A DNA stretch of 64,000 nt from Octopus sinensis (GCF_006345805.1 NC_043007.1:9920001-9984000); one strand, 5' to 3'; positions 1 to 13,326 are shown, numbered from the stretch's first letter. Notes: generated by a model not told the origin, from the sequence alone. Numbers and translations: made by a program.

Positions 1-308
1 TCATTCTTATTAAAAGTCCGGTTAGAATTAGGTAAACGATATCGCACGAAGCAACGTTGAATATAAGATATTCGTGCGAAGTCATACTTAGCACGTTCGC
101 ATGTATTCGGACGTGATAAGACCTTTTACTCCAGAGATAGTCTCGGGGGGAAAAATTTTTCACCAAGATATGTGCAATAAGACATTTTGTAGGGTTGTGA
201 ATGATGTCATTGGATCGTATGATGCATGCGCTTCTACGCCAGTTCACTTCGTCAGCTACAAAAACGTATGCTTTGACACATACATACATACATACATACA
301 TACATACA

Positions 309-339
<31 letters not shown>

Positions 340-580
340 GCATACATAGATACAAGAACTAAAACGCATTGCGACATGAGACTCAGCTCTCACGCTCGTA
401 TTCACTAATATTGCTGCCCTTGTGGCAAAATTTGAAACAATTGTCCGTGGCTTCGTCTATTTCGAGTGCCACCATTATAACGATCTATTGCACAATATTA
501 TACATATTTTTTTTTTTTTTTGCATGAAAGTTTTGTGAAGATGAAATTCGTCCATTATTACGAACAGGATCAACATCGTA

Positions 581-961
581 TACTCTTTTGCTTGTTTCAG
601 TCATTTGACTGCGGCCATGCTGGAGCACCGCCTTTAGTCGAGCAACTCGACCCCGAGACTTATTCTTTGTAAGCCCAGTACTTATTCTATCGGTCTCTTT
701 GCCGAACCGCTAAGTGACGGGGACGTAAACACACCAGCATCGGTTGTCAAGCAATGCTAGGGGGACAAACAGACACACACACATATATATATACATATAT
801 ACGACAGGCTTCCTTCAGTTTCCGTCTACCAAATCCACTCACAAGGCATTGGTCGGCCCGGGGCTATAGCAGAAGACACTTGCCCAAGATGCCACGCAGT
901 GGGACTGAACCCGGAACCATGTGGCTGGTTAGCAAGCTACTTACCACACAGCCACTCCTGG
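581..961 (-). mobile_element. tRNA-derived SINE, family S1 (near full length)
   Basis: Reverse complement of the head ggcgcaggagtggctgtgtggtaagtagcttgc...ggttccgggttcagtccc (A/B-box-like), a CORE-like gcaccttgggcaagtgtcttc block, an internal TA/TG microsatellite and a gtaaaagag tail. Resembles octopus tRNA-SINEs (OK/OR type); exact family not verified. Confidence 0.85.
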
Positions 962-1010
962 AATGTAATATTTACACTTATTTTTGTGTAATTTTATGAC
1001 TTATTAACTT

Positions 1011-1410
1011 ACTCTTTTACTTGTTTCAGTCATTTGAGTGTGGCCATGCTGGAGCACCGCGTTTAGTCGAGCAAATCGCCCCCAGGACTTATTCTTTGTA
1101 AGCCTAGTACTTATTCTATCGGTCTCTTTGCCAAACCGCTAAGTTACGGGGACGTAAACGCACCAGCATCAGTTGTCAAGCGATGTTGGGTGGACAAACA
1201 TAGACACACAAACATACACACGCGCGCGCGCGCACACATATATATATACATATATACGACGAGCTTCTTTCAGTTTCCGTCTACCAAATCCACTCACAAG
1301 GCTTTGGTCGGCCCGAAGTATAGTAGAAGACACTTGCTCAAGGTTCCACGCAGTGGGACTGAACCCGGAACCATGTGGTTTGTAAGCAAGCTACTTACCA
1401 CACGGCCATA
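1011..1410 (-). mobile_element. SINE family S1 copy
   Basis: Colinear with the 581-961 copy. Confidence 0.85.
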
Positions 1411-1518
1411 CACCCAATGCTATGTTATCTTTAGACTGAGTTTTCTTTTCGAATTTCGTGTGTTGTGTGGATATGTTATGATCTGTATATTCTTCATAAC
1501 TTATTTAAAAGACTTTTA

Positions 1519-1985
1519 TAGGCGCAGGTGTGGCTGTGTGGTAAGAAGCTTACTTCCTAACCACGTGGTTCCGGATTCAGTCCCACTGCGTGGCACCTAG
1601 GACAAGTTTCTTTCAGTTTCCATCTACCAAATCCACTCACAAGGCTTTGGTCGGCCCGAGGCTATAGTAGAAGACACTTGCCCAAGATGCCACGCAGTGG
1701 GACTGAACCCGGAACCATGTGGTTGGTAAACAAGCTACTTACCACACAGCCATATGTGTATATCTATGTGTGTGTCTGTGTTTGTCCCCCCTATCATCAC
1801 TTGACAACCGGCATTGGTGCGTTTATGTACCCGTAACATAGCGTGTTCGCCAAGAAGTACCGATAGAATAAGTACCAGGCTTAAAAAATAAGTACTGGGG
1901 TCGATTTATTCGACTAAAATTTCAAGGCAGAGCCCTCAGCATGGCCGCAGTCGAATGACTGAAGCCGGTAAAAGATAAAAGATAA
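1519..1985. mobile_element. Rearranged S1 fragments (plus head, minus 5' half, plus 3' half)
   Basis: S1 blocks in alternating orientation. Confidence 0.7.
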
Positions 1986-2029
1986 AAGGTCTAAATTATT
2001 TTCATAATTATCTCTTCTATATATAACGA

Positions 2030-2460
2030 TAAGCTGACAGAATCGTTAGCACGTCGGACAAAATGCTACGCGGCATTTCTTCCGGTTTTTCATGTTCTGA
2101 GTTCAAATTCCGCCGAGGTTGACTTTGCCTTTCATGAGTTGTTAAAATAAGTACCAGTTGAGCAGTGGGGTCGATCTCTACCTTAAAATTGCTGTCCTTG
2201 AGCCTAAGAAAGAATCATTATATTATGCCTCGTATATAAAGTGGCGAGCTAGAAGAATCGTTAGCAACGCGAGACAAAATACTTAGCAGCATTTCTTCCG
2301 ACTCTTCATGGTCGGAGTTCGAATTCTGTTGAAGTCGACTTTGCTTTTCATTCCTTTGGGGGGGGGGTCGACAAAATAAGTACCAGTGGAGCCGATGTAA
2401 TCGACTGACTTTCCTGCGCAAAATTTCAGGCCTTGTACCTATTTTAGAAAGGATTGTTAT
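2030..2460 (+). mobile_element. Two diverged copies of tRNA-derived SINE family S2
   Basis: ggcgagctggcagaatcgttagc head, gagttcaaattccgccgaggtcgactttgcc body, gtaccagt...ggggtcgat motif. Confidence 0.75.
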
Positions 2461-2705
2461 CTCCCCTGTATCTCCAGAAACCATCATTATCTTCATGCAT
2501 TTACATTACGTCCGGTCAATCATATACGTTGCTTATGTATTAAAATTCCGTACTCTTTATCAATTAATATCATCTCTAATTGTTGTACGAAATTCATCAT
2601 ATTATATTATCTTTGATGTGTATGTCAATCGTTACAATTAGTTATTTGATTAAGATTGGAAGTGGCCATTAACTTATTCGATAATTTAATTAATGCTATA
2701 TCTTA

Positions 2706-2768
<63 letters not shown>

Positions 2769-3151
2769 TATTATTATTATTATTATTTATTCAATATTAT
2801 CAGTTACAATCTGTTGAGAGGAAATGCTGTTATATTTCGCATAACGCATTTTATTTTGGCTTCGTATGTACAATACATTGATTTATGGCATGTAGTTTAT
2901 CGCGTGTATCTTTGGCACATGTATGTCACGTGCAACTGTCTGTATATAAGTACCGCACTGTAAAATGAATCCCCATTTAGATAAAGTTTGACACCAGCTA
3001 TTGTGTATGTAGCTAGGCTATAATTTGTATATTTGCAAGGTGTCGTATTCCAGGAATGAATTCTGACTTCGAAAAAAAAAAAATTACTCTGGTTCGGAAA
3101 CATAAGATATAATTATCAGTATATTTAAGGAGGTGAGCTGGCAGAATTATT

Positions 3152-3571
3152 GGATCTTTTTGGTTTGAACGGCAGTTTTTTCTAGCGGTGTCATATGAAA
3201 TTGTCACCCATAATTATGACCCTAGTATCGATCTATTGCATTTCAATCTGTTTTAGGGTTAGGGTTAGGGGTGGGGGAAGGGTATCTTTTTTTTCTTCAG
3301 AAATGTAAATAAACCCAATCTGTTTCTTAAACGAGGGACATATTCATATGGCACAAAGTGTTTTTTAACTCACTAGACGTCACTGATTGGTTGAAATTGC
3401 AGAAATTGAAGAAGAAGAAAACAACAAATATCTTACAAACTATAGAATTTTCTCAATAAAGCCAAGAGAAAAAGATGTTTTATAAACACATTCTACCAGT
3501 ATACGAAGTTTAAAAGTGCTTAGTTACGTGGAAATTATTTTTAAAAACTGCCGTTCAAACCGAAAAGATCC
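3152..3571. mobile_element. MITE with GGATCTTTT TIRs and 8-bp TSD, containing TTAGGG repeats; inserted into an S2 head
   Basis: TIR ggatctttttggtttgaacggcagttttt / aaaaactgccgttcaaaccgaaaagatcc; flanks gaattatt (3144-3151) and gaattgtt (3572-3579). Confidence 0.85.
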
Positions 3572-3764
3572 GAATTGTTAGTTTTGCGAGTAAAATGCTA
3601 AGCGGCATTTCGCCCGTCTTTACGTTCTGAGTTCAAAACCTTTCATCCTTCCAAGATCGATAACATAAGTACTAGTTAAGAGGTCGATGGAATCGACTTA
3701 CCGCCTGCCTAAAGTTGCTTACCCTGTGTCAAATTTTGAAGCTATGATTATTATTATCATTAAG

Positions 3765-4200
3765 GCGGCGAGATGGCAGAATCGTTAACACGCAGGGCAA
3801 AATGCTTAGCAGCATTTCGTCCATCCTTGCGCTCTAAGTTCAAATTCCGCTGAAATCGACTTTGCCTTTCGTCCTTTCGGGGTCGATAAATTAAGTACCA
3901 GTTACGCACTGGGGTCGATATAATCGACTACCCCCGGCCCTCAAATTTCAGGCCTTGTGCTTATAGTAGAAATTTTTATTATTACTATCATTAAGGCGGC
4001 GAGCTGGCAGAATCGCTAACCCGCAGGGTAAAATGCTTAGCGGTATTTCATCCAGCTGTACATTCTGAGTTCAAATTCTACCGTGGTCAGCTTTCAGGAT
4101 CTATGAAATAAGTACTATTTGTGCACTGGAGTCAATGTACTTTACTTACTCCCTCCCTCCCCCAAATTTCTGGCTTTGTGCCTGCAGTAGAAAGCAACAT
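3765..4200 (+). mobile_element. Two tandem S2 SINE copies with the ccctcaaatttcaggccttgtg...tagaa tail
   Basis: Both begin aaggcggcgag(a/c)tggcagaatcg and end in attatt repeats. Confidence 0.8.
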
Positions 4201-4244
4201 TATTATTATTTCTAGTGGCTATGTGGGCGTTAATGATGAATTTA

Positions 4245-4482
4245 TATTTCTTATTTCTTTACTACCCACAATGGGCTAAACATAGAGAGGACAAACAAGG
4301 ACAGACAAACGGATTAAGTCGATTATATCGACCCCAGTGCGTAACTGGTACTTAATTTATCGACCCCGAAAGGATGAAAGGCAAAGTCGACCTCGGCGGA
4401 ATTTGAACTCAGAACGTAACGGCAGACGAAATACGGCTAAGCATTTCGCCCGGCGTGCTAACGTTTCTGCCAGCTCGCCGCC
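4245..4482 (-). mobile_element. S2 SINE with the ttaatccgtttgtctgtcc tail
   Basis: Young copy, reverse complement of the S2 consensus. Confidence 0.85.
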
Positions 4483-4628
4483 TTATATCTATGATGCTGA
4501 CATAATTTAAACGCTGTTCGATCTGGTCGAGTGAATGTACGTGGCTTTATAGTTAGACCGTGATTTCGATACCCGGACCGAGCAATGCGAGGACATTGTT
4601 TGGTCGTAACGGAAGAGTTAAATTCAGG

Positions 4629-4790
4629 CAGTAGCGTAGCTAAGGGATGGGTAGTCGGCCGTCGGCCCCAGGCGGTGCTTTTTTTTGAGGTGGCACTTTT
4701 GGGTCTGCTGCATGGCCTATATTACCTAAGTGAAGGGGGCGGCAAACTCAAGAGCAGCACCGGTTGGCACACACTTTTACTACACCAATG
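4629..4790. mobile_element. Possible degenerate hAT-type MITE
   Basis: cagtagcgtagctaa at the left, ttactacaccaatg at the right (imperfect inverted match), GC-rich interior; no TSD found. Confidence 0.35.
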
Positions 4791-5779
4791 CTATTAGTGC
4801 CAGTGGTCACGTTGGAATGATTGGAGCTGCATTCGTATTTGCTACGTGGAAGCGAGCCTGAACAAATGACAGTGATAGTTGCGGAGGAGTTTTACCTTGG
4901 GTAGCTGCTGTTTCATGATAGGGCTGGGGGTCATACCAGGTTAGTAGTCCCAGAGACTTCATCGTGCGTAGAGCCTACCAGGTCCACCAGTGCTCTCTAT
5001 CACTGTCAGTGCCGTACCAACTCCTCTGCATCCTCCAAGATAACGTTGAAGCCTCTGGGGGGATATTTAATCACGTCCAGCTATCTGCTGTATCGAATGA
5101 GAGTAAAGTCCTGGGAGGTTTTCTGCTCGAGCTCATGTGAGAGTACAATGTATAACAGACATGTAGACGTAAGAGTTCGGTAAAAAAAAAAAAAAAAGAA
5201 CAGAAGTATGGAAAGTGAGACCAAAATCACGTGGGATACGTTAAGTCAGCAATAGCTTTCGTGATAGTAAATGTGGTTGCAAAGAAAAAAAAAAAAGAAC
5301 GTGTTTTGGTAAAGATAAGAGATGAACAACAAAGACAAGAGAACCAATGTCAAAGGGGAAGCTGAGATACTTTATCGTAATGTGACATAATCTTTATTTT
5401 ATTTTATTTTATTTTATTAATTTATTTATTTATCATTTATGGCGCTGGCGAGTAAAGATTAAAGTATAATGATAGAAAATTGCAGAAATTTCAAATATCA
5501 AATGAAATAGTAAAATTCAGGAAAATTGGCAAATAATAAATAAAAAAAAACATTTGCAAAATAAATCATTTTGTCATGAGTCAACACTGCGAGAAAACCT
5601 TTCTTCTCTCCTCTATGAAGTGTTCTGTCCGAACCATAAGGTTTCTCCCTTTTCTTGTGCTAAAGGTGCTTATTCCACTTAGCGAACTCTTTCTATATCG
5701 TATTCGTCTCGTAGACCTTCACAAGTTTCCTCGAATTCTAGTAATTTCATTTTAGTTATTGTGAGTCTAGCGGAGATTA

Positions 5780-6298
5780 CCGTAAATCCTCGAGTATAGT
5801 CCGCCCTTGAGTATAATACGCAGGGGAATTTTAAGGGAGCTGTACTTTTGAAAAACCTAAACCTTGTGTATAATACGCACCCCTTCTCTAACTTGAGTCG
5901 TGCGTAATTAAGCCAGCAGCACCTAGTCGAACAAACACTTCCGCGCATGCGTAATACAATAATGGGGATGTTCTTAACTGTTATATGGGAATGTAAATAT
6001 GTTTGCAAATTGTTTTTTTTTTTACATGTTATTCTGTTCTGAATACTTTTATCTTAATAAATGTTGCTTTTTGCAAGTTATGGATGATTCTTTTATGACT
6101 TCATTGCTTTCAGGCTTAGCTTAAGGCATTTTCTCGCCCATCACAAAATGCGTCTGAATGAACATTGCCGGACAGCAAATAGAGACTGGGACATTGCTTA
6201 GAAAATATTTTTCATTTTTAACCTCGTATATAGTACGCACTAGGGATTTTGACCTTTAAATTTTGGGGAAAATGCGGATTATACTCGAGGATTTACGG
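5780..6298. mobile_element. pogo/Tc1-mariner-type MITE (CCGTA termini, TA TSD)
   Basis: ta|ccgtaaatcctcgagtata ... tatactcgaggatttacgg|ta; a second copy in opposite orientation lies at 20955-21433. Confidence 0.85.
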
Positions 6299-6676
6299 TA
6301 TATTCATATTAGCCGTACTGTTGCAATGTTTTTATGTTATACAACGTTCAAAATTTTCAATGTCTTTCGAACAATCGATTATAGTCAATACTTCCTGTTA
6401 TTAGAATGTTTCTCCTCTTCCGGTGATATTCATTCTATCGGAAGTTAACATTTTACCACCAGCCATATTTACTTCCTTCTGCACTCTGAGTACGATCCTA
6501 TGGCGATCAACTTTACCTTTCATCATTTCGAAGTCCATAAGGTAGGCGCAGGCATGGCTGTGTAATAAGAACCTCGCTTCCTAACATGTGGTCTTGCATT
6601 CAGTTCCACTACGCAGCACTTTCGGTAAGTTTCTTCTACTATATCCCCGGGCCGGCCAAGTCCTGACAGAAGCCCG

Positions 6677-6711
<35 letters not shown>

Positions 6712-6987
6712 TGTGTACGTGTGTACGATGGACTCTTCCGTCGAAGATTGCATATGAGCGTTCGTTTTTGCCGAACGACCTGAACAAATGATTTGTTTAT
6801 AGTGATGAAAGGTATGCGCTGCACTTTAGCTCACTCTCTCCATCGAATCGACGTTGTCCTAAACAGGTGTACTGTGAACCATGCGTGTCAGGTGTCGAAG
6901 TGATCGCAGAGCAACGTGAGATGAAGTGTTTTGCTGAAGAACACAACGCACCACCCGGTCTATATATATATATATATATATATATGT

Positions 6988-7360
6988 ACTAGCAGTATCG
7001 CCCGGCGTTGCTCAGGTTTGTAAGGGAAATAACTATAAAGCATTTTTAGAGAGTTATAGCCAAAAAATAGCAAAAAAATGGAAAAAAAATGATGGTAAAT
7101 TTTTTTTGAGAGTAAAAAAAGTTTGAGTTGCGTCCCCTAGACAGTCTGTGGTTTGTTTTTTTTATTCTCGACCCCATGTCGAATTTATCGATTTTTTCAG
7201 AACTGGGGGAACTTTTCAAAATTTTCGCTGCGTTAGTTTGAATTATGACATTGGGCTATGTGTGTGTCAAGTTTCATCAGAATCGGTTGAAAGCCGTGGT
7301 CAGAGTGAGGGTACGAGAAAACAGACACACAGAAACACGCACAGACAAACTGCCGTTTAT
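6988..7360 (+). mobile_element. Helentron-associated INE (HINE/DINE-1-like) non-autonomous element
   Basis: Begins actagcagtatcgcccggcgttgctc, contains aagtttcatcagaatcgg, and ends in an (ACAG/AC) microsatellite then (TA)n. This matches the HINE architecture known from other invertebrates. Confidence 0.6.
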
Positions 7361-7383
7361 ATATATATATATATATATATAAA

Positions 7384-7505
7384 GTTAATCCAAACATGAA
7401 AACACAAAGAGAAAACACAACAACGCGAGGACGTGTAACAAATATAGTATTATTGGACGCTCCTGAAGGTAAGAAGGATGGTTTTACGAAGTATTCTGCA
7501 ACAGC
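7384..7505 (-). mobile_element. HHR element family A, 3' part with decayed ribozyme
   Basis: Reverse complement of agcgtccaataatactatatttgttacacgtcctcgcgttgttgtgttttctctttgtgttttcatgtttggattaac, near-identical to 25880-25959. Confidence 0.8.
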
Positions 7506-7894
7506 ATATTGAGACTTCAACCAGTAGTTGGGTCAAAAACAGGTAAATTAAAAATAGAAACAGTGTTCTTCCCGAAACCCTACACTCAACTAGTTTCCAA
7601 TTTTTCCTATCCAGGACTGCAACCATTTCGGAATTCTCTCGCTGCATGTAGGCACCAACCTACAGATGTTCAAGCAGCATATCAGCCACATCGGCCACAT
7701 CAACTTTTGGGTTGGGAAGAAGGCAGTACAAATGTGAAGGTCGACAGATCGCTCCAGCAGAACATAGGAAATAATTGTTTAAACGTTTAAACGTATTTAA
7801 CCATTGAAGGATAGTTTCTACATCACAAAAATGAAGTAAAACCGTGAGAAAGGTAATTTTGGTTTCCCTTTAAAAAAATAAAGGTGATAAGCAG

Positions 7895-8775
7895 ACATGG
7901 CTATGTGGTTAAGAAACCCGTTTTGCAACCACATGGTTTCAGGTTCACTCCTACTACACGGTGTCTCAGACAAGTGTCTTATGTTATAGTCCCAGGCCGA
8001 TTAATGCCTTGTGAAAGAATTTGGTAGACAGAAACTGAAAGAAACTGATCGTGTAAGGCGGCGAGCTGGCAGAACCGTAAGCAACGCCGGGCGAAATGCT
8101 TAGCGGTATTTCGTCTGCTGTTACGTTCTGAGTTCAAATTCCGCCGAGGTCGACTTTGCCTTTCATCCTTTAGAGGTCGATAAATTAAGTACCAGTTACG
8201 CAATGGGGTCGGTATAATCGACTTAATCCGTTTGTCTGTCCTTGTTTGTCCTCTCTGTGTTTAGCCCCTTGTGGGTAGTAAAGAAATAGGTATTTCGTCT
8301 GCCGCTACGTTCTGAGTTCAAATTCCGCCGAGGTCGACCTTGCCTTTCATCCTTTCGGGGTCGATTAAATAAGTACCAGTTACACACTGGGGTCGATATA
8401 ATCGACTTAATCCGTTTGTCTGTCCTTGTTTGTCCCCTCTATATTTAGCCCCTTGTTGGCAATAAAGAAATAAGAAACTGACCGTGTATGTGTGTGTCAG
8501 AGAGAGAGAGAGAGAGAGTGTGTGTGTGTGTGTGTGGTGTGTGTGTGTGTGTGTTTCTCTTCATGTCTGTGTTTGTCCACTCCCCGCTTGACAACTGGTA
8601 TTGGGTTGTTTACATACCTGTAACCTAGTAGCTCAGCAAATAACACCGACAGAGTAAATATGAGACTGAAAAAAAAAAAAAAATTACGGGAGTCGGTTCG
8701 TTTTACTAAAACTCTTCAAGGACGTGCCCGAGTATGGCTGCAGTCCAATGATTGAAACAAGTAGGAGATAAATAA
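7895..8775 (+). mobile_element. Diverged S1 SINE interrupted by a partially dimeric S2 SINE (8057-8471)
   Basis: S2 flanked by a 17-bp direct repeat aagaaactga(t/c)cgtgta (8039-8055 / 8472-8488). Confidence 0.8.
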
Positions 8776-9384
8776 TAAAAAGATAAATCATAGGTAGATT
8801 ACATCGTGTGACAAAACAACGAAGAAAAGATTTGATATGATGGAATTTCCAAGCCGGACGTAATAACACCAAAATGTAAAATTTTAAGGTAAAAACGAAC
8901 CCCCCCCCAAAAAAAAACCCTCCACAAAAATACTCGTGCCCCGGATCTTAAAACAATTCCATCCTGTTTGTATTATTGGTGCAGGCTTGACGCAGGAATG
9001 AGTATTGTCAAAGAGCTTATGAAGTAAAGAAAGGATGTGTTGTTTTGCATTCTATTGTTCCGGTGTTCTAGTGAGTAACTAGTGTAGCTCTTTTTTTGGC
9101 AGCAATATCCGTAATATACCCGAGATTGCCAGTTGGTGTTCTTGCTAGAATCGGTAATTATTCTATTCAATATTGTTGATTATTTAACCATTCAAAGATG
9201 TCCAGTTGCTTTATATTCTTTCCTATGCAAAGGTGTCGTTACACCGAGTCTCTCTCCTTTCTCACAACCGCTGTGTTAAAGCCGTTAAAGCCGACATGTT
9301 TTTTATGTCCATAACATTACCAAAATATTCTCTTTTTTTTTTTATTCAATGTTCACTTTTCCACGCATTTCACCTCTGAATTTT

Positions 9385-9428
9385 TGAAGTTATGTTGTTG
9401 TTGTTGTTGTAGTTGTTGTTGTTGTTGT

Positions 9429-9469
<41 letters not shown>

Positions 9470-9470
9470 C

Positions 9471-9502
<32 letters not shown>

Positions 9503-9605
9503 TTCTTCTTCTTCTTCCCTCCTCCCCATCTTCCTCCTCGTCGTCGTCGTCGTCCTCCTCCTCCTTCTCATCCTCCTCCCTCTCCTCCCCTCCGTCATCA
9601 TCATG
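9385..9605. repeat. Compound triplet microsatellite (TTG/CTG/TCT/TCC)
   Basis: Directly visible; source of the poly-Q/C/L pseudo-ORFs. Confidence 0.95.
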
Positions 9606-9612
9606 GCGTGAA

Positions 9613-9950
9613 GGCGCATGGCTCAGTGGTTAGAGCGTCGAGCTTACGATCGTGAGGTTGTGAGTTCGAATCCCTGCGCGGGGGCTGCGTGTTGAGTTCT
9701 TGAGGAAGACACTTAATTATTTCACGTTGCTCCAGTTCGCTCAGCTGTAGAAATGAGTTGCGACGTCACTGGTGCCAAGCTGTATCGGCCCCTTTGCTTT
9801 TCCCTTGGATAAACACTGGTGGCGTGGAGAGGGGAGGCCGGTATGCATGGGCGACTGCTGGTCTTCCATAAACAACCTTGCCCGGACTTGTGCCAGGGAG
9901 AGTAACTTTCTAGGTGCAATCCCATGGTCACTCATGACCTAAGGGGGTCT
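9613..9950 (+). mobile_element. tRNA-derived CORE-like SINE, family S3
   Basis: Head ggcgcatggctcagtggttagagcg...gagttcgaatccc, then cttgaggaagacactt...ttcacgttgctccagttcgctcagctgtagaaatgagt. Confidence 0.75.
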
Positions 9951-10097
9951 CAGCATTATTATGGAAATTCGCCGAGGTTGACTTAGCATTTCATCCTTTC
10001 TAAGTCGATAAATTAAGTACCAGTTATGCACTGGAGTCGATGTAATTGACTAGTCTTCTCCCCTCAAATTTCAGGCCTTGTGCTTACAGCAGAAAGG

Positions 10098-10159
<62 letters not shown>

Positions 10160-10909
10160 CTCCTTCTTCCAAATTTTCTTCCGTTTCTCGCCGAGTGTTT
10201 TCCGTACACCTGGGGCAGAGAAGCTCATTGTATACATTCCCAGATTACACACAAAAATTCACAGGTAAAATATGTATTTAAAAAATTAATAAATAAATAA
10301 ATTCATGAATGGATGTTGTTTTTGACAGCGGTAATGCTCTTCTCAGTACATGAGCCGTTCCAGTTAACACGATTTTTTGCTCTTCCTGTAGGGATGGTAA
10401 GCCTGGTATCATTTTCAAATGGGTTTCAGTACCTTTTTTTTACCATTCCTTGAGATCCTACAATCACTGGTACTGTAGTCGCCTTGAGATGCCACATTTA
10501 TTATCATCATCATCATCATCATCATCATCACTATCATTATTATTATTATTATTATTAGGAAGAGGAGAAGACGGAGGAGGCGAATTGGCAGGATCATTAA
10601 TGCATCAGACACAGGCTTAGCTTATTTCTTCCTTCTTTCTAGGTTCTCAGTTCAAGTTCAGTCGATGTCAACTATGCTTTTCATCCTTTAATCTAGAATC
10701 GATAGTATAAAGTACCAGTCAAGTATTGGGGGTCGTTGTAATCGACTTGTCCCTCACTTCATAACTGCTGGCCTTGTGCCAAAATTTGAAATCATTATAC
10801 TGTTGGTACTTTTATTTTTTCGATTCTATAAATATGAATGGCAGGATTAGGGCTGAAGCCTTCTGAACGATGTATCGAAAATAATAAATACAAGACTAGT
10901 GTCTTCATA

Positions 10910-11315
10910 GGCGTAGGAGTGCCTGTGTGGCACGTAACTTGCTTACCAACCACATGGTTCTGGGTTCAGTCCCACTGCGTGGCACCTTGGGCAAGTGTCT
11001 TCTACTATAACCTCGGGCCGACCAAAGCCTTGTGAGTGGATTTGGTAGACGGAAACTGAAAGAAGCCCGTCGTATATGTATATATATATATGTGTGTGTG
11101 TGTGTGTTTGTGTGTCTGTGTTGTCCCCCAACATCGCTTGACAACCGATGCTGGTGCGTTTACGTCCCCGTAACTTAGCGGTTCGGCAAAAGAGAACGAT
11201 AGAATAGGTACTAGGCTTACAAAGAATAAGTCCTGGGGTCGATTTGCTCGACTAAAGGCAGTGCTCCAGCATGGCCACAGTCAAATGGGTGAAACAAGTA
11301 AAAGAGTAAAAGAGA
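10910..11315 (+). mobile_element. S1 SINE, full length
   Basis: Complete head to gtaaaagagtaaaagag tail. Confidence 0.85.
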
Positions 11316-11769
11316 CTGATTGAAACGTAATTTTATTCTGTTGAAAATGCACAAGATTAATATAATTCCTACTTACCACTAGTATAACTGTCTGAGACTA
11401 ATCCGTGTGGCATTAAATTTACGTACACAAATGGCAATGCAGTACTTGTGAATAACACATAGACGTCTGATAAACGTTATTTTAGTACGAGAGCGTTGAC
11501 CGTATGTGCACATAAACATTTGTTTGAGTGTATGACTAAGTACGTACGTATACATATACCTACATATGCATATTAGAGGACACATATACTTGTAAGCCTG
11601 TGTATATGTGAGTAGAAGCAACTCTAATAAAATAGTTTGAAAGGTAGCTAAAAATTCAGGAAATTTTGTTCCCAGCGTAGAAGAGAAAAAAAATGCGTGT
11701 ATAGATAGGATTCTACAGCATTACAGGCAACTGGACAAATCAGTGCGGAGGGCTCTCTGGTATTTATTT

Positions 11770-12188
11770 AGGCGGCGAGCTGGCAGAAACGTTAGCACGC
11801 AGGGCGAAATGCGTAGCCGTATTTCGTCTGCCGTTACGTTCTGGGTTCAAATTCCGCCGAGGTCGACTTTGCCTTTCATCTTTTCAGGGTCGATAAATTA
11901 AGTACCAGTTACGCACTGGGGTCGATGTAATCGACTTAATCCGTTTGTCTGTCTTTGTTTGTGCCCTCTGTGTTTAGCCCCTTGTGGGGTAGTAAAGAAA
12001 TATATATTTCGACTGTCGTTGTGTTCTGAGTTCAAATTCAGCCGAGGTCAACTTTGCCTTTCATCTTTTCAGGGTCGATAAATTAAGTACCAGTTACGCA
12101 CTGGGGTTGATGTAATCGACTTAATCCGTTTGTCTGTCCTTGTATGTCCCCTCTGTGTTTAGCCCCTTGTGGGTAGTAAAGAAATAGG
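11770..12188 (+). mobile_element. S2 SINE with internal duplication (head + body + body)
   Basis: The segment atttcgtctgccgttacg...aaagaaata occurs twice. Confidence 0.85.
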
Positions 12189-12680
12189 TATTTATTTATT
12201 GATAGCAAGCTACAGCTTATATAGGTCAGAAGTGGGGCCCCCCTCGACCAATGAAAACCCCGGGAAAATCAATGCACTGGGATCGGTAGTATTTCTTGAC
12301 GGAAACTCAAAGCATACATAGATTAAAACTGGTTCCCTAGAGCCATACTGTTTCTGGGCAACTGCCAAGTGTATCGATGTCTTAGGGCGGTACTAATTGT
12401 GTTCAGTTCTTTGAATAACAGCAAGTGTGGAATGGTTTATTCTGCTGGCGACGACAGCATGTATAGAAAGAACTTTGTTAAGACAACAGTATATTTAAAA
12501 AGGGGCTGTCACTGATTTGATTCCTATCTTATAACATATTCTTGTTTCAGTCGTTTCGACCGTGGCCATGCTGGGGCACCGCCTTGAAGAGTAAATCGAC
12601 CCCAGGACTTCATTTTTTAAAGTCTAGTACCTATTCTATCGTTTCTTTTCCTGAACCGCTAGTTTACGGCGGTTATTAGA

Positions 12681-12743
<63 letters not shown>

Positions 12744-13011
12744 TTGTGTGTCTGTGTTTGTCCTCCCAACATCGCTTGACAACCGATGCTGCTGTGTTTA
12801 CGTTCCCATAACTTAGCGGTTCGGCAAAAGAGAACTATAGAATAAGTACTAAGCTTACAAAGAATAAGCCCTGGGGTCGATTTGCTCGACTAGAGGCGGT
12901 GCTCCAGCACGGCCACAGTCAAATGACTGAAACAAGTAAAAGAGTAAAATAGTATATATATATATATAGGTAGAATGGACCTCGAGGCTTAGTGAGAGAG
13001 AGAGAGAGAGG

Positions 13012-13070
<59 letters not shown>

Positions 13071-13326
13071 AGGATGGAGTACATTAAGCACTAGTAAGTT
13101 GATGAAAATTAATTCTCCTGATATGTAAAATTGAGTGCATGTACCCGGTCGCATCACCTCAACTACACCACGAAATTATGTTTATCCTTTTACAGAAGAT
13201 ATTCACAACAGATGCAACCAGATGCCTGTAAGTGTTTGCCGTTTATACACGCACACACACACACTGTCTTCGGGGTCTCTGCTAATGTTGATAAATCAAA
13301 AGGCGGTGGAGTGGCAGAGACGATTA

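Noticed and set aside
7500-7800. RTE C-terminus in the minus frame (AVLDRKNWKLV)
   Set aside because: Similarity limited to a few residues and the upstream GRP motif is absent; left unassigned.
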